A stretch of DNA of 64,000 nucleotides from Ginglymostoma cirratum (lineage: Eukaryota): positions 23,346,682 to 23,410,681 of the forward strand of contig JAHRHZ010000042.1 of assembly GCA_024137785.1 (NCBI GenBank). The letters run 5' to 3'. The number at the start of each line of letters is the position of its first letter. The first letter of the stretch is position 1. The position numbers and the translations under genes are program-made. Below, piece by piece: positions 38,130 to 50,230 of this stretch. The notes under the pieces are model-generated. The model was not told the origin of the DNA. It searched no databases and worked only from the letters and a program-made list of their open reading frames with translations.

Positions 38130-40200
38130 CTGATATACAGGGAAGTTCTGTCACTTGATGGATTCAAGATTGATATGGTGGAAGCAATGGATAGACTGTC
38201 AGTACTTAAAATTGACAAGGTGCCAGAACTGGATAAGATGCATCAAAGATGTAGATGTTCAAAGGAATTTGTGAATGTACAAAGGGCCCGAGGTGTCCTT
38301 CACCAGTCAACAAAAGTAGATAGGCAGATGAAGCAACAATCGGGGAAGTAAATGGTATATATGCAAGAGGATTTGAGTACAGAAGTAGAGATATCTTACT
38401 GCAGTTATACAGGATTTGTTGAGATCACAACTGGAGTAGTGCATGCAGTTCTGGCCGTTCTACCCTAAAAAAGGATATACTTGCCATTGAAGGTGTGCAG
38501 CAGAGGTTCACTAGACTAATACCAGGGATGGACGTAAGGAGAGATTGACTGGGCCTAATTCACCAGAATTTAGAAGGATGACGGGAGACCTGATTGGAAT
38601 ATATAAGATTCTAACAGGGCTACACCCAGAATACACCTCCTCCCACCCACCTTCCTGCAAAAATGCCATCCCCTATTCCCAATTCCTTCGCCTCCGCCGC
38701 ATCTGCTCCCAGGATGAGGCATTCCACTCCCGTACATCTCAGAGGTCCTCATTCTTCAAGGACCGCAACTTCCCCCCCGCAGTGGTCGAGAACGCCCTCG
38801 ACCGTGTCTCCCGCATTTCCCGCAACTCATCCCTCACACCCCGTCCCCGCAATAACCAACCAAAAAAGAATCCCCCTCGTCCTCACATACCACCCCACCA
38901 ACCTCCGGATCCAATGCATTATCCTCCGACACTTCCGCCATCTTTCCCTCCCCACCCTTGTCTGCTTTCCGGAGGGACCACTCTCTCCGTGACTCCCTTG
39001 TCCGCTCCACACTCCCCTCCAGCCCCACCATACCCGGCACTTTTCCCTGCAACTGCAGGAAGTTTTACACCTGCCCCCACACCTCCCCCCTCACCCCCAT
39101 CCCAGGCCCCAAGACGACTTTCCACATCAAGCAGATGTTTGCCTGCACATCTGCCAATGTGGTATACTGTATCCGCTGTACCCGTTGTGGCCTCCTCTAC
39201 ATTGGAGAAACCAAGCGGAGGCTTGGGGACCGCTTTGCAGAACACCTGCGCTCAGTTCACAATAAACAATTGCACCTCCCAGTCGCGAACCATTTCAACT
39301 CCCCCTCCCATTCCTCAGACGACATGTCCATCCTGGGCCTCCTGCAATGCCACAATGATTCCACTCGAAGGCTGCAGGAACAGCAAATCATATTCAGCCT
39401 GGGAACCCTGCAGCCCAATGGTATCAATGTGGATTTCACAAGCTTCAAAATCTCCCCTCCCCCAACCACATCCCCAAACCAGCCCAGCTCGTCCCTGCCT
39501 CCCTAACCTGTTCTTCCTCTCACCTATCTCCTCCTCCCACCTCAAGCCGCACCCCCATCTCCTATCTACTAACCTCATCCCGCCCCCTTGACCTGTCCGT
39601 CCTCCCTGGACAGACCTATCTCCTCTCTACCTCCCCACCTACACTCATCTTTACTGGCTCCATCCCCGCCTCTTGGACTTGTCTGTCTCCTCTCCACCTA
39701 TCTTCTCCTCTATCCATCTTCTATCTGCCTCCCCCCTCTCCCTATTTATTTCAGAACCCTCTTCCCCTCCCCCATTTCTGATGAAGGGTCTAAGCCCGAA
39801 ACGTCAAGCTTTCCTGCTCCTATGATGCTGCTTGGCCTGCTGTGTTCATCCAGCTCCACACCTTGTTATCCTGGATGCAGGGAGGTTGTTTTCCTTGGTT
39901 GGTGAATCTAGAGCCAGGAGATACTGTTTGAGGATCCAGGGTGGACCATTTATGACTGAGCTCAGGAAAAATTTCTTCACTCAAAGGATAGTGAACATGT
40001 GGAGAAGACTATCACATAAGGCTGTGGAGATCAAGTCACTGAATTTGCTCAAGGAAGAGATGGATAATTGCTTAGATTTTAAAGGCATCAAGGGGCACGG
40101 GGTAAAAGTAGGAATATGAAATTAAGATTAAGGATCAACCATGAACAGACTGAATGGTGGAGCAGGCTCGAGGAGCCAAATGGTCTCCTCTGAGTTTTTA
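38130..40200 (+). mobile_element. CR1 LINE fragment interrupted by a Penelope element
   Basis: CR1 ...EFRRMTGDLIGIYKILTGL stops at about 38620 and resumes as DAGRLFSLVGESRAR at about 39871. Confidence 0.85.
38621..39870 (+). mobile_element. 5'-truncated Penelope-like element (Neptune-type): RT C-terminus, Cys-rich linker, GIY-YIG endonuclease and 3' pLTR
   Basis: HPPSCKNAIPYSQFLRLRRICS (RT thumb); GTFPCNCRKFYTCPH; NVVYCIRCTRCGLLYIGETKRRLGDRFAEH (GIY-YIG). Frameshifted near 38865-38950. Confidence 0.95.
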
Positions 40201-40229
40201 TGATTAAAATATTGAAGGAAGCAAAAATC

Positions 40230-41860
40230 AAAATTGCAGGGGTACCTGTCATTATCTTTCATTCTTCCTAGAGACTCAGGGAAGGTGCCAGAGTTTTGGA
40301 GAATTGCAAATCTTGTACCCATGATCAAAAGTAGTTTGTATGAATGAGAATAGCAACTTTAGACCTGTCAGTTTAACTTCAGTGGCAGTGCAGCATCTAG
40401 GAACAGTTATTTTGTATAGAATTAATAGTCACGTAGAAAATGTCACATTGATTACAGCCACAAGGTTAATGTGGTGCACATGGAGTTTCAAAAGGTGCTT
40501 GACAGACTGCCACATTAAGACTTGTGAGAAAAAGTCATGGATAAAAAAGAGACTGTAGCAACTTGGATACAAATTTAGCAAAGTAATAGGAAACAGATTT
40601 GTTTTGGGCTCGGAGTAGGACTTGTAGTGGAGGTCGCCAGGAGTCAGTTTTGGGACCCTTGCATTCTTTGCCATTTATCAATTATTTAGATCTTGGTGTG
40701 CAGGAGGCATTCCTTAATGGGTTATAGGAGCAGGAAAACCTGTGGATATACGTGCATAGATCACTCAAAGTGACAGGACAGTTGGAGAGAGCAGTTAATA
40801 AAACACGCAGTACTCACAGCATTACTACAAAAGGTTAGAAGATGAACACATTGGAAAAAGTGGGAAAGCGATTTACAAGAATGGCTCCTGGATGAAGATA
40901 GATCGGACAGGCTTGGTCGATTCTTCTCAGAGAAAAGAAGACTAAGGGGGGGATCAGTCTGAAGTTTTCAATAAGAGATCTGAATGCAGTAGTTAGTGAG
41001 AAACTATACCCACCCGTAAAAGAATTGCAAATGCACATACAAACATACAAATTAGGAACAGGAGTAGGCCATTCAGAATGGTCATGCGATTCAATAAGAT
41101 CATAGTTGATCTGATTGTAGCCTTAAATCTGCATTCCCACCTAGACCTGAAAAACTTGCACCTCCTTGTTTAACAAGAATCCAACAAGAAACAAGTTACT
41201 AAACCCCTTGTGAGAGTAAACTTTACAGTATCTGTTTGATATGGGTGACCCCTGATGTTTAAACAGTGGTCCCTAGCTCTAGCTTCCACCATTAGAGGAA
41301 ACATCCTCTTCACATCTATCCTCTTCAAGGTCTTATATGTTTCAAACTGGTCACGTTTATTTAAACTCCAGCAGATACAAGCCCATCCTGTCTAATATAA
41401 CCTTGGAAAATGACCATGTCATTCCAGGTATCAGTCTGATAACAATTGTCTGAACTGCTTCCAATGCATTCACATTCTTCCTTTGTTAATGTGGTCAACT
41501 CTCTGTACAATAGTCCAGGTGTGGTATCACCAGTGTACTGTATAACTGAAGCACAATGCTCCCTCTGCCTTTGTACTCAATTTCTATCGTGATAAGTAGT
41601 CCAAGACTTAGAGTGAAGATAACAATATGATATCAGAAAAAGTCTTTTTCACTTAAGTTGTTGGATCTGGAGCCCGTTGGCGTGAAGTGTAGTGGAGGCA
41701 GGTTCAATTGAGGCATTCAAGAGGGCATTGTATAATAATTTAAATTGAAATGATGTGCAAGGGCATGGGGAGAATGGCAGGAAAATGGCGCTGAGATATA
41801 AAGCTTATTTGGAGAGGTGGGCTAGACGTGATGGGCTGACTAGCCTCCTTCTGCAGCATT
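40230..41860. mobile_element. Cluster of decayed CR1 fragments (+, nested -, +)
   Basis: NFRPVSLTSV RT motif at about 40355; a reverse-strand CR1 tail at about 41050-41590; the + tail resumes at about 41600. Confidence 0.7.
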
Positions 41861-42399
41861 TTCAATTTTGAATAAAACTTATACTTAGCGCATTAAATTA
41901 CATGAGGATAATTAAACAAAAACACTCAAAAACTGTAATCAAGGCCAAGATATGCAACACACCCATAACTCAGAACTCCTTTTTTCTTTTAGGGCTCACA
42001 ACTGGTTTGACACTAGATGTGAGAATATGAAAACTACTCCACTTCAATGTGCTTAAAATTGTGCATAACCCAAGCATAGTAACAAACAGGATAATATTTT
42101 GCAAGCAGCTAGTTACTTGTTTTGTCTGTACAAAACCAGAATCAGTGAAAATAAATGATGCACAACTTATTTTGCTTGTTTAGAAAATGTACACAACTTA
42201 AAGAGTTCGGTGCTGAAATAGCATCAGATCAAATATCTGATGTTTCAAACACAGAATATCATTGTTTGACAGAGGTCAGGTCTGCGTTGTCACATGATTT
42301 CCCTTAGCCTCTAAATCATGATTACATGCAGTTACATCTACTGCAGTGTCTGACAGGACTATTGCCAAACTTGCTAATCTTTGTGTGTGAGCCGAAATG

Positions 42400-42790
42400 A
42401 CGCTTGCCTGGATGTGCACAACTCCAACAACACTCAAGAAGCTTGACATCGTCCAAGTCAAAGTAGCCTGCTTGAATGGCACCACACACACAAGCATACA
42501 CCACCATCACTCAGTAGCAGCAGTGTGTACTATCTACAAGATGCACAGCAGAAATTCACCAAAGATCCTCAGGCAGCACCTTCCAAACCCACGACCACTT
42601 CCATCCAGAAAGACAATGCCAGTAGATACATGGGAACACCACCACCTTCAGGTTTCCCTCCAAGCCACTCACTGACCTAATATGGAAATATATCGCCGCT
42701 CCTTCACTCTTGCTGGATCAAAATCCTGTAATTCCCTCCCTGAAGGTATTGTATGTTAAGCTACAGCTTGACGGTAGCAGTCCAAGAACT
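42400..42790 (+). mobile_element. Second CR1-clade LINE family, 3' fragment
   Basis: LAWMCTTPTTLKKLDIVQVKVACL...VAAVCTIYKMHSRNSPKILRQHLP. Confidence 0.8.
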
Positions 42791-43589
42791 CAGCAGGTTC
42801 TTCAGCCGTCAGACAAACTGAATCCTGCCCACAGCCTCTAGCCAAACACGTACCAGATAACATTTAGCAGCTTACTCAAGCTCTCATCCTACAATAACCG
42901 AGCTTCACTGGAACATTTCTGGTTGAAGTGAGTTAATTCTGCTCACACTGCGGATTAAGCTTGTAAACTTTCTGTCCTTATGACTCAGTTCCATGCTTCA
43001 TTTATCAATTGAAACATTTGAAGGTGCTTTTTCTGAGCGTGCACAATGCTCACGTCAATGCCAACATATTGGAAACATAATTAGTTTTCTAGAGACATGC
43101 TGGCTTTACAGGAGAACTACAGTTTTCTGGTTGTTTAAAAATTCATGTGTAGAAGCTAATCTCAGGGTTTATTAGATCAGCCACCCAATGTCTGCAATTT
43201 CAGGTTTGATCAGAGACTACAGATTACTTGAAAGAATCAATGAGTTACAAGTGATACAGCTTTGAAAGCTTTAACATAGCTTATTGAAATACAACACATA
43301 GTAAAAAAGACGTACTTTATAATGACACATGAAGTTAGAAAGACAGAATGGTTTGGTATACTGTAACTATCTCTTCCAGGTATTTAGGCTCATTAGAATG
43401 TTAAACTAGCAAGGAAATTCTTCCCTTCATCCAAGCAATCTCTTTTAGAGCTGCTTTCTATGTATTTTATTTTTAGGGCTGGTAGGTATTTCATGCTAAG
43501 CGTGTGTTCTCTTACAAGGTGTCCAACACTGAAAGGGACACTCAGATTCCTCCTCCAGCTTTATTAGAGATGTGGTCCTGTAAACTCAC

Positions 43590-43629
43590 CTGCTGCAGTC
43601 ACTTGATATCCAGGTTCACAAGTGTCAAT
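43590..43629 (-). other. Candidate 40-nt upstream exon of gene B (5' UTR or N-terminal extension)
   Basis: Acceptor tttgcatcttgttgtatAG, consensus donor CAG|GTGAGT, in non-repeat sequence, no ATG. Confidence 0.45.
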
Positions 43630-44244
43630 CTATACAACAAGATGCAAAGTAGATTATATGTGGTCTTATCTTTTGAGGTTTAGGGTAGTCTAGAGTGTAG
43701 GTGAAATAACATTTGTGTTTATGCTACACCTACAAACCAATGAGATGGAAATTTTTTAATTGCTGTTGACAAAGTAAAACTGAACTTAAATAAATTCATT
43801 AACTCAGTGTCAATATACAGATCCAAATAATTTTCATAATCTACCACGGCACATACTGATTTGCCAAGTAAGGTCAGCAATTTTGAATATATGTACTTTC
43901 CTGGGATTATTTATAGATATGCTGCTGTAAATACATGCAAAACTGTGTCTATTTGCAAACAAGCATGAAGGAACTTGTTTAGCTCGATGATGATCTACAA
44001 ATTATGGTTTAGAAAGGAGATTGAGGATCCAAAGGAAGAGGTAGGAGAGCAGAGTTTGAACTCAGTGCCAAAAATGGTGCTGAGAATTCTGGAGACAAAG
44101 AAGATTGGAGGGTGGGATCTTTAAGCCTTTAGGTTTGCCTTTTTTTTCCCCATTTGTAATCGTCCTAACCTTTTTCCTTGTACTCTGGCCCTATTTGCAT
44201 CTCACCCTAGATTACCCTGTCAATATATAATGCATTTTAATGTT

Positions 44245-44900
44245 AGATAACAAGGTGTAGAGGTGGATGAACACAGCAGGCCAAGCAGCATCAGAGGAGC
44301 AGGAAAGCTGACGTTTCGGGTCTGGACCCTTCTTCAGAAGANNNNNNNNNNNNNNNNNNNNNNNNNNNNNNNNNNNNNNNNNNNNNNNNNNNNNNNNNNN
44401 NNNNNNNNNNNNNNNNNNNNNNNNNNNNNNNNNNNNNNNNNNNNNNNNNNNNNNNNNNNNNNNNNNNNNNNNNNNNNNNNNNNNNNNNNNNNNNNNNNNN
44501 NNNNNNNNNNNNNNNNNNNNNNNNNNNNNNNNNNNNNNNNNNNNNNNNNNNNNNNNNNNNNNNNNNNNNNNNNNNNNNNNNNNNNNNNNNNNNNNNNNNN
44601 NNNNNNNNNNNNNNNNNNNNNNNNNNNNNNNNNNNNNNNNNNNNNNNNNNNNNNNNNNNNNNNNNNNNNNNNNNNNNNNNNNNNNNNNNNNNNNNNNNNN
44701 NNNNNNNNNNNNNNNNNNNNNNNNNNNNNNNNNNNNNNNNNCGTTTCGGGTCTGGACCCTTCTTCAGAAGAGTTTCTGATGAAGGGTTCAGATCCGAAAC
44801 GTCAGCTTTCCTGCTCCTCTGATGCTGCTTGGCCTGCTGTGTTCATCCAGCTCTACACCCTGTTTTCTCAGATTCTCCAGCATCAGCAATTCCTATTATC
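44245..44900. mobile_element. Penelope-derived foldback spanning a gap, with a perfect 16-bp TSD
   Basis: TSD aatgcattttaatgtt at 44229-44244 and 44901-44916; hammerhead core at 44776-44803. Confidence 0.9.
44342..44741. other. Assembly gap (400 N)
   Basis: Run of N. Confidence 1.
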
Positions 44901-45339
44901 AATGCATTTTAATGTTCTTTCTTTTACTACTATCCTTGTTTCTCTTTGCCTTGTCACCCAAGGTCATCCTCAACACAAAAGCCTGGAACTCATTTGCTTC
45001 TTTCAGCTCATTCTGTTCTCACCAGTGAGAAGGTTGCTGATAGGCTCTGTGAGGCTTTCAGCTGCTACCAGGATGAGGATGACACAGCTGCTAAGAGCTG
45101 CTAGCTCAGCACTGCCACAGAGCAGGCTGTGGCTGCTACTGGTACAACAGCCAGGATGGATGATAAGCCATGGGCAAGGCCAGCACTGCTTGGGGTTGGT
45201 TTTACTGGGGGGAGGGTCACGAAGGGATAGAGGCCATGGAGGTAATAAGCTACAGCAGAGGTGGTGGGAGGTTTTGGCGACCATCCGCTGAATGTAAAAA
45301 TAATGGAGAAATAATTATGGTTGACTTTAATCTTAATGT

Positions 45340-47260
45340 TGGTTAATTCAATTAAATTGGAAAGGATAGCTATGACTATGAATTCATACTGTGCATTAGG
45401 GCTAGTTTCTTGTGGCAATGTGTCATGGAACCAAGCAGGGGACGGGGCTATCTTGGATCTGGTAAGGTGTAATGGAGCAAGTTTAATAAATGACCTCAGA
45501 ATAAAAATGTCCTATGGGAAGAAATGATCAAAAAGTATGATCACAGGGATCATAGAATTTAATATTCAATTTGAATGTGAGAAACTGTAGTTGGAAACAG
45601 CTGTGTTTAACTTAAGTAAAGGGAATTACAATAAAATGAGGATAGAGTTAGCTGAAGCAGACTCGGCAGATAGATTAGCAGGAAAGACAGTCAACAAAGC
45701 ATGGCAGACATTTAAGGTAGTAATTCTTCTCTCTTAGCAAAAAGACATTCCAGTAAGGAGGAAAGATTTTAAAAGCAGGATAAACCAACCATGGTTAACA
45801 AGGAGATTAAGGACAGTGTTAAGTTGAAAAAGAAAAGCATAGAAGGCGGAAAAGGCCAGTGATAGCCCCAAAGACTGGGATAAATTCATAATCCAGCAAC
45901 GGAAGAGTAAAAACATAATAAAAACAGAGAAAATAAACTAAGAGGGCAAACTGGTGAAGAATATAAAAACTGACAATAAAAACTTCTTGAAATTTATAAA
46001 AAGGAATAGTGAGGTGAAAGTAAACATAGGCTCCTTAGAAAAAGAATCTGGGGAAATGGTTATGGGGAACAAGGAAATGGCAGAGGAGCTAATGGCAGAG
46101 ATTGCATCAAACTTTATGGTGGAAGATATTTCAAATATCCCATTAATACTTAAAGCTGCGGAGAAGGAATTAACTAATGGGGCTAAAGTCAGATGAGTTC
46201 CCTGGCCCCGAGGGCTTACATCTTACAATCTAAAACGGGCAGCTACAAAGATACACGTTGTAATTTTCCAAAAGTCCTGAGAATCTGCAGAAGTATCAGA
46301 GAACTGGAAGACTACCAATGTGGCTCCCCTGTTCAAAATGGGAAGGAGGCAAAAAGCAGTAACTATAGGCTGATTAACCTAATATCTTTTGTTGGAAAAG
46401 TGCTGGAATCATTTATTAAGGAAGTAACAGCAGAACATTTGGAAAATCATAATCTAATCAAGCAGAGTCAGCAAGGCTTCATGATTATGCTTGACTAATT
46501 CATTTCAGTCTTTCCAAGGAAGTTTCGACCAACCAGAGTGGATAGAGAGGAATAAGCAGATGTGCTAAATTTGGACTTCAAGAAAGTGTTTGAGAAGGTA
46601 CCTCAAAAAAGGTTAAGTCATAACATAATAGGCTACATTATTGGAGTACAGGATAGGCTAATGGGTAATAAACAGCCAGTGGAGATAAGGGTTGGTGTTC
46701 CAAGGCCAGTGGGGTTCCACAGGGATCAGTTCTGGGACCACAACTGTTTACAATATTTATTAATGACCTGGAGGAAGGAAGTGAATGTACTGTAGCCAAA
46801 TTTGCAGTCAATACAAAAATAGATGGAAAGGCAAGTTGTGAGAGTGATACAAACAGTTTACCAAACAGGTATTGATAAATTATTAAGTGGGCAAGAAGTT
46901 GACAAATGGAGTATAAAGTGGGAAAATGTGAAGTTGCTCATTTTGGAAGGGAGAACAGAATTGCAGAGTATTGTTTAAATGGAGGAAAACTGCAGAAAGC
47001 TACAACACAAAGGGACGTTTAGGTACTTGGTGTATGAAACACAGAGAGCTAGCACACAAGTGTAGCAGGTAATCAGGAAGGTTAATGGAATGTTAGCCCT
47101 TATTTCAAGGGGGTTGAACTATTAGAGTAGGGAAGTGTTACCACAACTGTAAAAGGAGCTGGTGTCATTACAGTAGGAGTGTTATGAACAGTTTTGGTCC
47201 CCTTAGTTTTTATTTCATTGAAGGCAGTTCAGAGAAGGTTCACGAGGATGATCTCCAGTA
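45340..47260 (+). mobile_element. Long decayed CR1 LINE ORF2 (end of endonuclease, linker, RT)
   Basis: GAILDLV; NIKTDNKNFLKFIK; NYRLINLISFVGKVLESFIK; LDFKKVFEKVP; many stops and frameshifts. Confidence 0.9.
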
Positions 47261-48129
47261 TAAAGGCACAAAAGAACCAAGATGCTTGCCAGACAACTCA
47301 ATATCCTGCTCTGCTGCCCAGACCAGTGAACTGCACTACAGCGAAATTGGACCAGCTTTAAAATCAGTCGGTCTTACTCTTGAAGTCTCATGATATGATT
47401 AATCTTTGTGTGTAATGAGTTCAGGTTTAGAAGAACTGAGAGAGTCCACACCAGCAAATCCACTAGTCAAGGTGCTATGGTGTTCATATATGACTCCAGG
47501 TGAACGCAGCAGTGTTACACAGGTATGAGAAAAGCCTTAAAATGAGTGAAAAGGCAATAACTCTTAATTCTTCACCTAAGTCTAAGTGACTCCAGTGTGA
47601 GAAACACTTGGGCAAAGATGAATAGAATACAGTAACACCTGCACAATTAGCATTTGAAAAATATGTGCAAGAAATCAATCAAGCAGTTACATGCATTTGA
47701 ATTTTGAGGATAATGAAAATAAGTTATATCAATACCAGTACATACTCAAAGATTTTTATGTCAAAATGGATTAGTCTTCGGGGACCAGCATATTTGATAT
47801 TTGGTGATTACATAGTATAATTTCGGAAATAAGATTTATTCCCAGGTTTTCATTCAGTCATTTGAGTTATTTTTAAATTTAGGTCACTTTGTTGTTCAGT
47901 CCAGTATCCTGACCTAATCATTCTTCTGCCGAGACATTTGCCAGAAGGAAACCAATTACATCAATTCCAAGAGTATTTAGTGTAGAGATTCAGGTGACTC
48001 TTCACTTAGGTTAAAATGTCTGTGAGGGTATTGTTGAGATGAAAGGGATAAATCTTTCTTTCTTATATTTGTAATGGGATTGTTCCACTAGTTCTTGTCT
48101 AGTGTAATATAGATCAAAGGATAATAGAT

Positions 48130-49730
48130 CAAAGGGTTGTCAAAAGATACAGAAGGATATAGATCAGTTGGAAAGTTGGGCTGAGAAATGGCAAATGAAG
48201 TTTAATCCAGATAATTGTGAGGTGATGCATTTTAGAAGGTCAAACGCAAGAGGAAAGTATACAGTAATTGGTAGGACCCTTTGCAGCATCAAAAGACAAA
48301 GGGATCTTGAAGTCTGCAGCTCCCCGAGAGTGGCAATGTAAATGGATAGGTGGTAACAAAGACGTACGGCATGTATGCCTTCATTGGTTGGGGCATTGCG
48401 TATAAAAGTTGGCTAGTCATGTTGCGGCTGTATAAAACCTTAGTTCGGCCACATTTAGAGTATTGTGTGCAATCCTGGTTGCCACATGACAGGAAGGGTA
48501 TGGAGGTTTTGGAGACGGTGCAATAGAGGTTAACCAGAATATTGCATGGATTGGAATGTATTAGTTATAAGAAGAGGTTGGACAAACTTGAATTGTTTTT
48601 GCTAAAGCATCAGAGACTGAGGAGGAACCTGATAAAAGTATATAAAATTATGAGAGGCATGCATAGGGTGGGTGAAAGTCTTTTTGAAATTGTCGATATG
48701 CTCGCTGAGCCGATGTGTTTGGTTGCAAACATTCCATCACTCTGCTGGGTAACATTGTCAGTGCGCCTCCAGTAAAGTGTCGGTGTTCTGTCCCACTTGT
48801 TATTTATGTGCCTCGGTTTGCCGGGGTGTTTGTTATTACTTCCAGTTCTATTTCTCTGTTTGGCTTGTGCGATTATGGATCTGTTGTCGAACATAAAGGA
48901 TCCTATACCCAAAACCAGCAAAACTGGTGTAATATACAAAATACCATGCAAGGTATTTGTGAGAAATACTACACAGGCCAAACTGGAAGAAAACTGACAA
49001 ATCGGATACAGGAACACCAACAGACACGACCATTTCTCACTGGTCTCAATATACACGGACAACGAGGGACACGAATTCGACTGGGACAACACATCGATAA
49101 TCACACAAGCCAAACAGAGACATGCCAGGTAGTTCCTGGAGGCCTGGCATTCCAACTGGAACTCCATCAACAAACACATTGAATTAGACTCTGTGTACAA
49201 ACCACTGAGAAACAGAATAGGAAGTAATACCAACCACCCCAGCAAACAGAGGCATTTAATAACAAGCGGGACAGAACACCGATGCGCAGTGACCATGTTA
49301 CCTAGCAGGGTGACAAACGTTTGCAACCAAACCCACCGGCTCGGTGAGCATATCTCCAACCTCATCCACAACCCAAGTTACAAATCTTGTTGAAAACTTT
49401 AGAAAGTCTTTTTCCCCAGGGGAGAAATGTCAAATGTCGGGGTGTATAGCTTTAAGGTGAGGGGAGCAAGTTTAAAGAGAAGTGCAAGGCAGTTTTTTTT
49501 ATACAGAGGGTGCTACGTGCCTGAAACACACTGCTGGGGAAAGTAGTAGAGGCAGATACAACTGAAAAGTTTAAGAGGCATTTAGACAGACACACAAAAA
49601 GGCTGGGAATAGAGGGATACAGACCATGTACATGCAGATGTAATTAGTTTAGAATGGCGTCAATGTTGACACAGACATGATCGGCTGAAAGGTGTTTTCT
49701 TGTGCTATATTGTTCTACGTTCTACGAAGA
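48130..49730 (+). mobile_element. CR1 LINE 3' part interrupted by a Penelope element
   Basis: GLECISYKKRLDKLELF...NLIKVYKIMRG; resumes at 49402. Confidence 0.85.
48686..49401 (+). mobile_element. Penelope-like element (Poseidon-type GIY-YIG) with an inverted 5' copy of its 3' end and a 12-bp TSD
   Basis: KDPIPKTSKTGVIYKIPC / YYTGQTGRKLTNRIQEH / GHEFDWDN / FLEAWHS; 48690-48875 is inverted relative to 49095-49355; TSD gaaagtcttttt at 48674-48685 and 49402-49413. Confidence 0.9.
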
Positions 49731-49814
49731 AATTGTTGTATGCGCAACTGTTAAACAGGTTGGGCCTCAGTGAAAGGTGATCTCATTGAAACATATAGGA
49801 TTCTGTATATAGAC

Positions 49815-50230
49815 AGCACAGTGTGGAGCTGGATGAACACAGCAGGCCAGGCAGCATCAGAGGAGCAGGAAAGCTGACGTTTCGGGTCAGGACCCTTCTT
49901 CAGAAACTGGGGTGTGGAAGGGAGCTCGTAATTAAAAAGAAAGAGGAGGGGTGGGGCTGGGGAAGGTAGGTGGGATGGTGAGTGCGGCTAGGGAGTGGTG
50001 GGGATTGGACAGTGAGGTTGGATGGGCAGATAGGTGGGAAAGAAGATGGGCAGGTTGCGTCAGGTCGAGGAGGTGAGGATGAGAGGGAGGGTTGGTCGTG
50101 GGATGGGGCCGGGGGTGGGGAGATTTGAAAATGGTAAAATCCGCACTGAGGCCATTGGGCTGTAGGCTCCTGAGGCGGAAACTGGAGGAGCAGCACCTTA
50201 TATTACGCCTCGGGAGGCTACAGCCCAATG
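49815..50230 (-). mobile_element. Penelope-like 3' end with a short inverted GIY-YIG tail
   Basis: LQPNGLSADF on - and RKLEEQHLILRLGRLQPNG on +; same family as 38621-39870. Confidence 0.8.

Noticed and set aside
38545-39591. 348-aa ORF as a host gene
   Set aside because: A chimera of CR1 and Penelope RT that drifts out of frame; transposon-derived.
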